From positions 32,001 through 96,000 of the forward strand of contig JAUVNS010000005.1 of assembly GCA_030599585.1 (NCBI GenBank): DNA of 64,000 nt, read 5' to 3'. The notes beneath the pieces were generated by a model, which ran no database searches, was not told the origin of the DNA, and saw nothing but the letters and a program-made list of their open reading frames with translations. The position numbers were made by a program, and so were the translations under genes. Origin of the DNA: Promethearchaeota archaeon (GTDB lineage: Archaea > Asgardarchaeota > Lokiarchaeia > Sigyniarchaeales > SOKP01). Positions 30,238-40,315 of this stretch are shown here, one piece after another; the first letter of the stretch is position 1, and each line of letters begins with the position of its first letter.

Positions 30238-32130
30238 ATGAAATTTAATGAAGAATTCGCACAATCCATGGATAAAGATATAATATCTCAGCAAGATATT
30301 AAAAAATTATTTGCTTTAAAGAATGATCATGTTTTAAAAATTATAAAGCAATACGCAGATTTGTGTAAACCTAGCAAAATAACCGTAATTTCTGACGCTG
30401 AAGAGGATATTGAATATGTTTTCCAAAAAACTCTTTCTATTCGAGAAGAATGTACCCTCAATATAAAAGGACACACAGTTCACTATGATAGCTTCTATGA
30501 TCAAGCAAGAGATAAAGGAAATACTAAAGTTTTAATCCCAAAAGGAGAATATCGGAGTCCTTGGATTAACACGATGGATAGAGAGGAAGGACTTGAAGAA
30601 ATATTAGAAATTATGGATGGGTGTATGAAAGGGAAAGAATGTTTAGTAAGATTTTTTTGCCTTGGACCTATTAATTCAAAATTTACTATAGGAGCTTTAC
30701 AACTTACAGATTCATTCTATGTCGCTCATTCTGAAGACCTTTTGTATAGAAAAGGATACGAGGAATTCAAAGAATTAAATGGATCTAATAATTTCTTTTA
30801 CTTTGTCCATTCTGCTGGAGAGCTTGTTGGTAATCCTCCTGTTACTAAAAACATTGAAAAAAGGCGAATATATGTCGATCTCCAAGAATCACGGGTTCTA
30901 TCTGTTAACAATCAATACGCGGGTAATTCCCTTGGATTAAAGAAGTTAGCTTTAAGATTAGCAATATTTAAAGCAAATAACGAAGATTGGCTAACGGAAC
31001 ACCATTTTATATTAGGAGTTCGCCCGAAGGGTAAAAATCGGGTAACTTATTTTACCGGTGCTTTCCCAAGTGCATGTGGAAAAACTTCTACTGCGATGCT
31101 TCCTGGTCAACTAATTGTTGGAGATGATATCGCATATTTACGAGCTTGGGACGATGGTTTTGCACACGCTGTTAATATTGAGAAGGGAATTTTTGGAATT
31201 ATAAAAGATGTAAATGCGAAAAACGATCCTCTAATTTATGAAACTCTCACAACCCCAAGAGAATTAATTTTTTCTAATGTTCTCGTAAAAGATGGGAAGC
31301 CTTACTGGCTCGGTATGGGCGTTGAGCATCCTAAAGATGGTTTTAACCATTTCGGACAATGGAACGATGGAATTTCTGATAGAGAAGGAAAGTTGGTAAC
31401 TTTTGCTCATCCGAACGCAAGATATACAATTAACCTCAAGGATCTTTCAAATTGTGATCCTAAATTAAACGATCCTGATGGAGTACCAATCCACGGGATA
31501 TTCTATGGGGGAAGAGATTCTGACACAATGCCTCCTATTGTAGAAAGCTTAAACTGGGAACACGGGATTTTTTTAGGCGCTTCTATAGAATCTGAAACGA
31601 CTTCAGCAACTCTTGGGGAAACAGGCGTTAGAAAGGCTAGTCCTATGGCAAACCTTGATTTCTTGGTAGTTCCTCTGGGGAAATACTTAAACAACCACAA
31701 TATTTTTGGAAAAAAATTGAAGCACTGCCCACAAGTATTCTCTACTAACTACTTTCTTAAAGGTAAAGGCGGGAAATATTTAAATGCTATATTAGACAAA
31801 AAAGTTTGGGTTATATGGGCGGAAGGGCGTACTAGAGGAGATTTTAACGCTATTGAAACACCAATTGGTTATTTGCCTAAATATGAAGACCTTAAGATGT
31901 TATTTAAAATAGAGTTAAATAAAGATTATTCCAAACAAGAATATATTGAGCAATTTACAATAAAAATCAATTTTTTACTCGAAAAACTAAATCGCATTGA
32001 GACAATGTATAAAACAGAAAAAGAAATTCCTAAATTTTTCTGGGATACTCTTTTTATGCAACGCTCAAGATTGAATGTTTTGCTAAAAAAAACGAGTAAA
32101 GAAGAAATTAATCCCTTTGAACTAGTCTAA
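30238..32130 (+). CDS. pckG: Phosphoenolpyruvate carboxykinase (GTP)
   Basis: YAGN..GLKK.ALR, WLTEH, AFPSACGKT, VGDDIA, HPNARY, YGGR. Confidence 0.95.
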   Translation: MKFNEEFAQSMDKDIISQQDIKKLFALKNDHVLKIIKQYADLCKPSKITVISDAEEDIEYVFQKTLSIREECTLNIKGHTVHYDSFYDQARDKGNTKVLIPKGEYRSPWINTMDREEGLEEILEIMDGCMKGKECLVRFFCLGPINSKFTIGALQLTDSFYVAHSEDLLYRKGYEEFKELNGSNNFFYFVHSAGELVGNPPVTKNIEKRRIYVDLQESRVLSVNNQYAGNSLGLKKLALRLAIFKANNEDWLTEHHFILGVRPKGKNRVTYFTGAFPSACGKTSTAMLPGQLIVGDDIAYLRAWDDGFAHAVNIEKGIFGIIKDVNAKNDPLIYETLTTPRELIFSNVLVKDGKPYWLGMGVEHPKDGFNHFGQWNDGISDREGKLVTFAHPNARYTINLKDLSNCDPKLNDPDGVPIHGIFYGGRDSDTMPPIVESLNWEHGIFLGASIESETTSATLGETGVRKASPMANLDFLVVPLGKYLNNHNIFGKKLKHCPQVFSTNYFLKGKGGKYLNAILDKKVWVIWAEGRTRGDFNAIETPIGYLPKYEDLKMLFKIELNKDYSKQEYIEQFTIKINFLLEKLNRIETMYKTEKEIPKFFWDTLFMQRSRLNVLLKKTSKEEINPFELV

Positions 32131-32177
32131 CTATTATTAGAAGGAAAATAAATTTCAATAAGAAATAATAGAAAACT

Positions 32178-32858
32178 CTATATCAAGAGTTTTAATCCCT
32201 GTTTTACTTTGTAGCTCCTATTTAATCGATCTACTTCGATGAATCTCTTAATTTCTAGATTATTTAATAAATCTCTCATTTCAACAGGGTTTTTACTAAG
32301 TTTTGCTGCTAATCCCTCAATATCCGTTTCATATGAGCGAAGCACCGTAAGGAGAGATGAGTAATGATCAAAAATTTGATTCACAATATATTTGAGAGCT
32401 TCATTCAAATTCTCTCCCGTCCGTGTACTTGTTGGAAAAATCATTGCGTCGTCTCTTAAATAGTTTTGAGATCTTACTATTTCAGTATGCCTGGCCCCAG
32501 CCTTATCTTGTTTATTTGCCAAATAAACTATAGGAGTGCCAAGCCCTATCGTTTTTCGAAGAGAGTTTAGAATAATTATTGCGTCCTCATCTTTTTCTGG
32601 GTGGGCCGCATCAAATAAAAAAACAAGACCATCAGAACCTCGGACTACTACATCTCTCATAACATTAAACCTTAATAAACCGGGCGTGCCAAACAGAAAG
32701 ACATCAAATCCATTTAATTTTACGCTTCCTAAGTCCATTCCAACGGTGTAATATTTATTATCTCTGGCTTTTGCTTCTACATTTAATGCCTTGTCATCAA
32801 AATATTTAATAAAACTCGATTTACCGCTTTGGGTTGGACCTGATACTGTAATTTTCAT
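32178..32858 (-). CDS. Small GTPase (MglA/CvnD-like) with C-terminal wHTH-like extension
   Basis: GPTQSGKSS, TVGMDLG, FGTPG, ANKQD; C-terminal helix-turn-helix plus beta-hairpin pattern. Confidence 0.82.
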   Translation of the reverse strand: MKITVSGPTQSGKSSFIKYFDDKALNVEAKARDNKYYTVGMDLGSVKLNGFDVFLFGTPGLLRFNVMRDVVVRGSDGLVFLFDAAHPEKDEDAIIILNSLRKTIGLGTPIVYLANKQDKAGARHTEIVRSQNYLRDDAMIFPTSTRTGENLNEALKYIVNQIFDHYSSLLTVLRSYETDIEGLAAKLSKNPVEMRDLLNNLEIKRFIEVDRLNRSYKVKQGLKLLI

Positions 32859-33131
32859 GATTGTTAACTCTACTTTTAAACAAACGATACCAAATGAAGC
32901 TTTTGTCGGTATATAATTGAAAGTGTTTTTATTACTTGATTATTAACTTAATTAGCTTTTTATTTAGCATTAATATATAGATAATATAATTTTATGTTTT
33001 AGGAAAAATACTGCAACAATATTAAATTCAATAATGATAATTATAAAGCTCGTTTCCTTTAGCTCTTATCACTAAAGGTAGTTATAATCCTTGAAAAATT
33101 GACGAATAATCACTTGTAGGATTTAAAGATT

Positions 33132-33190
33132 TGCTACTAAAGATCAAAAAGAAATATTTAATAATGCTAATAAAAGATCAAAAAGAAATA
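33132..33190. repeat. Direct repeat pair upstream of the oxidoreductase-metV-metF operon
   Basis: Exact 18-mer AAAGATCAAAAAGAAATA at 33139 and 33173, each preceded by TGCTA. Confidence 0.6.
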
Positions 33191-33342
33191 ATTGATATTG
33201 AAACTGATATTATTCGTCATGGAATTTTAGAAAAAATAAAGAATAAAGGTATATTATCAAACAAAAACTAAAAAAACTAAAAATAAAGGGATTATAACTG
33301 TTCCAAATATAATTTGAACAAGTATAATTAAATATTAATAAA

Positions 33343-36075
33343 ATGAGTAAAAAAAATTCTGTTTTAGTTGTAGGTAGTGGTATAGACGGTATACAAGCTT
33401 CTATCGGTTTAGCAGACTCTGGGTTTAGAGTATATTTAATAGAAAAAGCCCCTCTAACAAGAATCAATACAAATCAAGAAAAAATCTTAGTTAATGATTG
33501 TACTACATGCCTCATTCCCCTAAAATTTGCTGGCCTTAATGGATATGATAATATAGAATTGATAAGAAACGCAGATATCATAAGTTTAGAAGGAGAACCC
33601 GGGAAATTCAAAGCAACCATCTATAAGAAGAGTCTTAGTCAGGTTGAAACTATTAATCCTGAGGATAAAGATTGCATAAAACAGTGTCCGTTTATAGATC
33701 TTTTAAAGAATAGAGATAAAATAAAAGAATTGGATGGCAATAATTCTCAATTTTCAGCAATTGCTCCATTGAAAATTCTAATTGAAAAACGAAGGATTCC
33801 ACCATGTGAAAACGCATGCCCTGCTCATGTTAAGAGTCAGGATTATGTTGATTTAATCATCAAAGGGCAATACCAAGAATCCCTCAATGTCATTCGAGAA
33901 AGATGTCCGCTCCCTTCTGCTATTGGGAGGGTCTGCCCTCATCCATGTGAATCAGCTTGCAATAGAGGGGAAATAGAAGAACCCGTTAATATCTGTGGTT
34001 TAAAGAGGTTTGTTGCTGATTATATAAGAGAAAATTCAAATGAAGAGATTAAATACTTAGAAAATAAGAAAGAAAAAAAGGTAGCTGTTATAGGCTCTGG
34101 TCCTGCAGGTTTAACCGTAGCATATCATCTGGGAAGGTTGGGTTATCCAGTTACTATCTTTGAAAAATCTCCAGTTGCTGGTGGAATGTTAAGATTAGGA
34201 ATCCCAGATTATAGACTACCTCCCGAAATTTTACAAGCAGATATCGATCATATCAAAAGGTATGGTGTTGAAATAAAACTAAACTCTCCTATCGGTCCAC
34301 TTGGACCCACTATTGATGATCTCCTTAAAGATTTCGATGCGGTCTTTATTGGCGTGGGATTACAACTTGCCAGAGAGCTAAAAATTGAAGGAAATGATCT
34401 TGAAAATGTTCTTTACGGAATAGATTTTCTTAAAAAATGTGGTTTGGGGGAAGAGGTTACTGTAGGTAAGAATGTTTTAGTGATTGGAGGTGGAGACGTT
34501 GCTGTCGATGTAGCACGAACTGCATTAAGGAAAGGAGCCGAGGAGGTTCACATGGTCACATTAGAATCCGAAGAGATTCTTCCTGCCCATCCATGGGAAG
34601 TAACAGAGGCAAGGGAAGAAGGAATTGTATTTCACACTAGTTTAGGTCCAGATAAATTTGTAGGGGAAAATGGTAAAGTTATCGGTTTAGAAACAGTTGT
34701 TTGTGAGTCGGTTTACGATGACAAGGGCCGTTTCAATCCTGTATTTGGAGCATGCTCAGAAGATATGCTTAAGTGTGATATGGTCTTTGTTACTATTGGT
34801 CAAGCTGCTGATTTATCGTTTTTAGATAAGGACATAAATGTTGGTAGGGGAATAGAGATAGATCGTGGTAATTTTCAAACCTCAAAAGATGGTGTATTTG
34901 CTGGAGGTGAAGTTGTTACTGGCCCTGGTGCGGCTATTGATGCAATGGCAACTGGTAATAAAGCTGCAATTGTTATTAATCAATACCTAAAAGGAGAGAA
35001 ATTATCATTTGTAGAGACAATTCCGGATTATAATGAGGAAGATTTAGTAACATTTGAGGAGTTGAAAAGAAGGGAACGAATAGAACCAGAACCTCGGAAA
35101 AATCCTGAACACATACCTCCAGATGAAAGAAAAACTAATTTTAAAGAATTTGCACTAGAATGGGATGAGAACCTTGCTATCGCGGAAGCGAATAGGTGCC
35201 TTAGTTGTGGGATTTGTACTGAATGCTCCGAAAATGTGAAAAAATGTGTTGCTAATTCTATTGATAGTAGTCAATTTAGTGAAACGATATCTATTGACAT
35301 TGATAATGTAATTTTAACTCCAGGTGAGTGGTTATCATGTTTTGATCTTCGAAAATTAACTGACTATAGATGGGAAATCGTTAATCCAATTGCACATGTA
35401 GATACTGCATTATGTATTGGTTGTAATAGATGCGCTGATACTTGTAACTATAATTCTGTAGGTGTAAAATATGAAGCTGGCTTAAATGTTTCGAAGGTGG
35501 ACCCTCAGCTATGTAAGGGTTGTGGCGACTGTGTCGCAGAATGTCCTGGAGAAGCCATAACCATGAGCCGTTTTGGTAGGGATCGAATAGAACAAATCAT
35601 CAATTACACTCCACAGGATAAAAAAGATGAACTGCATCCTAAAATCCTAGCGTTTCTATGCAGCTGGTGTAGCTACTCTGGAGCAGATTTAGCAAGTCTA
35701 TACCAATTTCAAAGTTCGCTTAATGTGCAAATTATTCGAGTGATGTGCTCTGCAGCCATAAGTAAAAGTTTTATACTCCAAGCTTTTTTAAATGGAGCTG
35801 ACGGAGTGATAATAGGAGGATGTCATCTTGGTAAATGCCATCATGTTGAGGGTAATTTGGATACTCAGAGGAGATTCAGACAAATTGCCAAAGGATTAAG
35901 AGAAATTGGAATCAATCCTGAACGATACAATTTAGAATGGTTCTCTCCTAGTGAAGAAAAAGTATTTTCAAAAATTATGAATGATTTTATTACTAAAATT
36001 AAAAATTTAGGATCAATTGAAACTGATTTTAAGTCAATAAACACGTCGCCTAAAAGGGCAAGTGCTAAAAATTAA
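33343..36075 (+). CDS. HdrA/HdrL-like fusion: degenerate HdrA N-terminus + GltD/NfnB-like FAD/NAD(P)H domain + 2x[4Fe-4S] ferredoxin + MvhD
   Basis: CENACP, GRVCPHPCE..CNR, GSGPAG, GGML..GIP.YRLP, GGGDVA, EANRCLSCG, CIGCNRC/CKGCGDC..CP, FLCSWCSY.GAD, RVMCS, GADGV..GCH.G.CH. Confidence 0.88.
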   Translation: MSKKNSVLVVGSGIDGIQASIGLADSGFRVYLIEKAPLTRINTNQEKILVNDCTTCLIPLKFAGLNGYDNIELIRNADIISLEGEPGKFKATIYKKSLSQVETINPEDKDCIKQCPFIDLLKNRDKIKELDGNNSQFSAIAPLKILIEKRRIPPCENACPAHVKSQDYVDLIIKGQYQESLNVIRERCPLPSAIGRVCPHPCESACNRGEIEEPVNICGLKRFVADYIRENSNEEIKYLENKKEKKVAVIGSGPAGLTVAYHLGRLGYPVTIFEKSPVAGGMLRLGIPDYRLPPEILQADIDHIKRYGVEIKLNSPIGPLGPTIDDLLKDFDAVFIGVGLQLARELKIEGNDLENVLYGIDFLKKCGLGEEVTVGKNVLVIGGGDVAVDVARTALRKGAEEVHMVTLESEEILPAHPWEVTEAREEGIVFHTSLGPDKFVGENGKVIGLETVVCESVYDDKGRFNPVFGACSEDMLKCDMVFVTIGQAADLSFLDKDINVGRGIEIDRGNFQTSKDGVFAGGEVVTGPGAAIDAMATGNKAAIVINQYLKGEKLSFVETIPDYNEEDLVTFEELKRRERIEPEPRKNPEHIPPDERKTNFKEFALEWDENLAIAEANRCLSCGICTECSENVKKCVANSIDSSQFSETISIDIDNVILTPGEWLSCFDLRKLTDYRWEIVNPIAHVDTALCIGCNRCADTCNYNSVGVKYEAGLNVSKVDPQLCKGCGDCVAECPGEAITMSRFGRDRIEQIINYTPQDKKDELHPKILAFLCSWCSYSGADLASLYQFQSSLNVQIIRVMCSAAISKSFILQAFLNGADGVIIGGCHLGKCHHVEGNLDTQRRFRQIAKGLREIGINPERYNLEWFSPSEEKVFSKIMNDFITKIKNLGSIETDFKSINTSPKRASAKN

Positions 36076-36099
36076 GATATCTAAGAGGGATTAAACAAA

Positions 36100-36795
36100 A
36101 TGATAATTACAGAACTTAAAAATATAGAAGAAATATACGATATGGTAAAACAATACTCAAAAATTTTAGTTGCTGGGTGTGATGGATGTTGCCAACCCCC
36201 AAGATCTATAGCTGAAGCGAAAAATCTTGGTCAGATGCTCGAATTAAAAGCAAAAGTCGAGGGTAAAGAGTTAAAATGGAAAGCTATAACAGTACTTAGG
36301 CAATGTGATGATAGAATTGCAGCAACTACCGTTCAACCTTTTATTGAGCAATACGATGCGATAGTATCGTTGTCCTGTGGATTAGGTGTCGTCATGATGA
36401 ATCGAATATTTGAAAATATTCTTACCTACCCTGCTCAAAATAGTATGTTTGGAGGGGCAGAAAATAATGCAGAAAATAGTTTTGCTGAATATTGTGAAAC
36501 ATGCGGGGAATGTTTACTTGGTGCTACTGGTGGAGTGTGTCCTATGGCCGGATGTGCTAAAAACTTGAGTAATGGACCATGTGGTGGGACCGTTAACGGT
36601 AAATGCGAAGTTGGTGGATATATACACGAATGTGCTTGGATAAAGATATACGAACGCTTAAGAAAATTTAATAGAATGGATCTTTTTACTAAATACCGTC
36701 CACCAAGAAACTACAGACTTTGGTCAAGTCCACGGTTTATTGAGATTAATAAATCTTATACGAACGAAGAAGAACCAATAAAGGAGGAGAAATAG
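36100..36795 (+). CDS. metV: Methylenetetrahydrofolate reductase Fe-S/Zn subunit (MetV)
   Basis: GCDGC, RQC, SCG.GV, CETCGEC.L..TGGVCP...CAK.L.NGPCGG...GKCE, CAW; directly upstream of metF. Confidence 0.88.
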   Translation: MIITELKNIEEIYDMVKQYSKILVAGCDGCCQPPRSIAEAKNLGQMLELKAKVEGKELKWKAITVLRQCDDRIAATTVQPFIEQYDAIVSLSCGLGVVMMNRIFENILTYPAQNSMFGGAENNAENSFAEYCETCGECLLGATGGVCPMAGCAKNLSNGPCGGTVNGKCEVGGYIHECAWIKIYERLRKFNRMDLFTKYRPPRNYRLWSSPRFIEINKSYTNEEEPIKEEK

Positions 36796-36798
36796 AAA

Positions 36799-37737
36799 AT
36801 GGTAAAACGACCAGCATATAGTACTTTAGTAAAAACTATGAGGGAAGGTAAATTTTTATTCACTGGTGAATTAGAGCCAAAAAAGATGATTGATTTGTCT
36901 TCTATCCTACATTCTGCGGAAGAAATGAAAAAAACGGGAAAGATTGTTGCTGCTAATGTGACAGATGGACCACAAGGAGATGCTTACACTTGTTCCATGG
37001 TTCCTTGCTACTTAGTTCAAGAAAAAGTTGGCTTGGAAGCGATTTGGCAGATGACTGTTCGAGATAGAAATCGAATTGCTTTATTTGGCGATATATTAGG
37101 TGGAGCGATACTTGGCCTAAAAAATTTACTTGCTTTAACTGGAGATCATACTGCTCTTGGAGATCATCAAAATGCGAGGCCTGTATTCGATTTAGACTCT
37201 ACACAGTTAATCGATCTCGTTTCTAAAATGGTAGATGACGGTACGGATTTAGAAGGAAATGAAATTGAAGGCGGAAAAATCGAAATGAATGTGGGATGTG
37301 CCGCTAATCCAAATTCAAACCCAAGAGAGCCCGAAATCTTAAAAGTAGGAAGAAAAGTAGAAGTTGGCGCCGATTTCATTCAAACTCAAACATCTTTTGA
37401 TATAGATGATGCCAAAGAATTCCTAAAAGAATTAGAAAAATTCAATGTTCCCGTATTGCTAGGACTATTTCCTATAAAAAATTACGGCATAGCTTGGTAT
37501 TTCAATGAGTATATCCCTGGCGTTTCAGTTCCAAAGGATCTCTTAAAAGCTTTAAAAACTGCAAAAAAGGAGTACAAAGATGATAAAAAAAAGCGGAATG
37601 AAGTTATCGATAAGATTAATATTGACTTTTATGAACCATTTATCAGGGAAATTCAGAAAACCACTAAAGCTGCGGGTATTCATTGCATGGCTGTACATTA
37701 CGAAAGACTATTTGAGCCTTTATTAAAGAACTTCTAA
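36799..37737 (+). CDS. metF: Methylenetetrahydrofolate reductase
   Basis: GELEP, NVTD, RDRNRIAL, LTGDH, GADFIQTQ, GIHCM. Confidence 0.92.
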   Translation: MVKRPAYSTLVKTMREGKFLFTGELEPKKMIDLSSILHSAEEMKKTGKIVAANVTDGPQGDAYTCSMVPCYLVQEKVGLEAIWQMTVRDRNRIALFGDILGGAILGLKNLLALTGDHTALGDHQNARPVFDLDSTQLIDLVSKMVDDGTDLEGNEIEGGKIEMNVGCAANPNSNPREPEILKVGRKVEVGADFIQTQTSFDIDDAKEFLKELEKFNVPVLLGLFPIKNYGIAWYFNEYIPGVSVPKDLLKALKTAKKEYKDDKKKRNEVIDKINIDFYEPFIREIQKTTKAAGIHCMAVHYERLFEPLLKNF

Positions 37738-37839
37738 CAGTAATGAGGAAAGCAATAACATGAAAAAATTTTTCCAAAAAATTTTATTTATTTAATAAAA
37801 CTTACATTTATTCTATTTTTTAACTATCCGCTTAATTTC

Positions 37840-38862
37840 TTAACTTGTATAAAAAAAATGTCCGTTCTTTTCAAATTTCTGTACTTTTCCTTGATGTTCC
37901 AGAAATAGTAAGTGTCCTAGAATTTCACTTAAAGCCATGAAAGAGTTAATTTCGTCTAATTCAGTTCCAAAATGAATTTGAGAAATTTCAAAGGGGGTCA
38001 TAGGTTTTTCTTTGATTAAATTTGAAATTTCAGATAGTCTATTCTCGTGATGCTTCTTTATTTCTAAAATCCGTTCATGTGGATTATATATTATGTCTTG
38101 ATGAGCAGGAAAAATTATCTTTGCATTTAACTTATCAATTCGATCTAGCGAGTTTAGATAATGGTCTAAAATGTTATTAAAATCGTACTTCTCATATTCA
38201 TCCTTAAGAGTATTGGGGATTAAAAAATTCCCGATATGGGGCGTAATTCTCGAAAGGATGTGATCTCCAGAAAAAAGATATTTCTTTTTAGCATCAAAAA
38301 TGGCTGTATGGCCAAAACTATGACCTGGAGTCCAGATTACTTCTAAATCGTTCAAAAACGTGTCATTATCGCGCACAATTACATCTGGTTTTTGGTAGCG
38401 CAAAAGTCTTGGCCAAAAAGTGAAGAATTGAACCATCTTTTTCCCTTCTTCTTCGCTAATTCCATATTTTATCATCAGATTCGCAACTTTTTTCGCTTCA
38501 GTTTTTATTTCTTCCATACTTGAATCGTGTGTTTCCCATCTCAAAATCTTATGGGTTATATCGTTCATCACTATTTTCAAGTTTGGGTTTTTTCTTTTAA
38601 GCGTTTTTACTAATCCCATGTGATCTAAATGAAGATGGGTAATAAAACAATAATTAATATCTTCAATGGGTATATTTATATCATTCAACGCTTTAAAAAG
38701 GAGTTTACTCCAATTTCCCATATTTAAACCTGCATCTATTAGAATATATTGATCATTAAATTTAAAAAGGTAAAGACAAACGAACTTTACGGCAAATGGA
38801 ACGTCAATTTTTATTCGGTAGACATCGTCAATTTTATTGACTTCAGATTTAAATTTATACAA
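37840..38862 (-). CDS. MBL-fold metallo-hydrolase
   Basis: LIDAG, THLHLDH, TPGHS.GH, SGDH, PAH. Confidence 0.9.
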   Translation of the reverse strand: MYKFKSEVNKIDDVYRIKIDVPFAVKFVCLYLFKFNDQYILIDAGLNMGNWSKLLFKALNDINIPIEDINYCFITHLHLDHMGLVKTLKRKNPNLKIVMNDITHKILRWETHDSSMEEIKTEAKKVANLMIKYGISEEEGKKMVQFFTFWPRLLRYQKPDVIVRDNDTFLNDLEVIWTPGHSFGHTAIFDAKKKYLFSGDHILSRITPHIGNFLIPNTLKDEYEKYDFNNILDHYLNSLDRIDKLNAKIIFPAHQDIIYNPHERILEIKKHHENRLSEISNLIKEKPMTPFEISQIHFGTELDEINSFMALSEILGHLLFLEHQGKVQKFEKNGHFFYTS

Positions 38863-38971
38863 TAAAAGTACCTAGCTCCCAAATTTGATTCTTATTTGAA
38901 AAAATAAATAAAACCATTTTTAATTTATTATTTGAAAAAAAAAAATGAAAAAAAAGATTTTTAATATAATT

Positions 38972-39676
38972 CTAATCTTTTAAACCATAATACATAAACC
39001 AGAAGCTGCTTAAATAACCGATTCTAACAAATATTACGGTGAATCCCGGAACAATTAAGCCTTCTAATAAGCCAAATATACAAAAACAAATCGCTCCCAT
39101 TGATAGAAGGAAAAATTTTTTCTTTAAAATCCCTGTAGACTGAAAACTCTTTATTAAAAAGCCAAACCCAAGGAGAATTATAATGAGTATTAAGAATATC
39201 CCCATTATCATACCAGCTAAAGAGAAAATATTTAGGTTGTAATCAATTAATCCATCTCCTGATACAGGAGGAGGGTTAAAATTAAATGCACTAAATGGGT
39301 CCATAAATATGATGATGTAAAAAACTATGCTTAGGGCTATAAATACTGAGACTATATACCATTTGGCTTTAGGGACCAATAATGCTCCACCGATATAAAT
39401 CGCAGTTACAACAGCAGGAGCCAACCAAATGTAGCTTAAAATACCCACCATACCATATGTATTATCAAAATTAGTGCTGGTAAATATAACGAGAAAAAAA
39501 TCTAAAAAAACTCCTAAAAATGTTAATCCTGCGAATAAATTTGCCAATCCTAGAGTTGTCAGCATTTTAGCTCCAGTTTTTTTCGATTTATAGATAAAAA
39601 ACAACCCGAATAAAAACCCGAAGATTACTACTCCCGAGGCAGTAAGGCCGTCAATCCAAAAAATTAAATCTACCAT
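38972..39676 (-). CDS. Multi-pass (about 7 TM) membrane protein of unknown function
   Basis: About seven hydrophobic segments, no soluble domain. Confidence 0.75.
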   Translation of the reverse strand: MVDLIFWIDGLTASGVVIFGFLFGLFFIYKSKKTGAKMLTTLGLANLFAGLTFLGVFLDFFLVIFTSTNFDNTYGMVGILSYIWLAPAVVTAIYIGGALLVPKAKWYIVSVFIALSIVFYIIIFMDPFSAFNFNPPPVSGDGLIDYNLNIFSLAGMIMGIFLILIIILLGFGFLIKSFQSTGILKKKFFLLSMGAICFCIFGLLEGLIVPGFTVIFVRIGYLSSFWFMYYGLKD

Positions 39677-39706
39677 TCCATAATCACTCTTCGTTTTTAA
39701 TTTTCA

Positions 39707-39753
39707 AAAACTAATAATAAAACTAATAATAAAACTAATAAAAAAACTCTAAT
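39707..39753. repeat. 12-bp tandem repeat (AAAACTAATAAT) x about 3.5
   Basis: AAAACTAATAAT AAAACTAATAAT AAAACTAATAAA AAAACTCTAAT directly upstream of the membrane-protein gene. Confidence 0.7.
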
Positions 39754-39903
39754 ATAAATTAGCTCCATCACCTTATAAATGAAAGTGATAATCGTTTGTT
39801 AACACAATAAAATTAATGAATAAATACTACGGAATTTATATAAACAGATTGGGTTCGAGTGATAATATATGTCTGCTTCTCCTGCATTACAGCAGAACGG
39901 AGC

Positions 39904-40170
39904 CTATATTTTTTTCATGATATTCTTCTTCATATCAAATTCTAAATCCCGCAATTTGATCTTAATTTCTTTTGGATTATAGTCTTTTTTTAGCAAATCA
40001 ATTATTGTCTCTTTCAAAGACTCTAGATTATCAACTGCGCATTGGTAAAATATGTTATCTTTATCCAAATTCATATTCAAAATTTCATACAATCCGTTGA
40101 GAGAATCACGAATCTTTTCGTAGTGCTCCCACGCTTTATCTAAATCAGACCCAGTTTCTTGATTAGCCAT
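39904..40170 (-). CDS. Small helical hypothetical protein
   Basis: 88-aa ATG ORF with amphipathic helices. Confidence 0.6.
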   Translation of the reverse strand: MANQETGSDLDKAWEHYEKIRDSLNGLYEILNMNLDKDNIFYQCAVDNLESLKETIIDLLKKDYNPKEIKIKLRDLEFDMKKNIMKKI

Positions 40171-40315
40171 TACTATAATAAAAAAAGAAGTAAAATAAAA
40201 CTTTTTCCTTATGAGGTTATAACACCTTTTTTGAAAAAATGTAAGAAAAAAAGAATTATCTACTCCAAAAATGTAGGTGAAAATCTAAAAAGAATTCATA
40301 AATTATTGAATTAAA

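Noticed and set aside
33343-36075. Selenocysteine in the HdrA/MvhD fusion
   Set aside because: The ORF is uninterrupted with Cys at the MvhD positions; no in-frame TGA
39849-39862. GGGTTCGAGT as a tRNA T-loop remnant
   Set aside because: No complementary T-stem arm or cloverleaf around it
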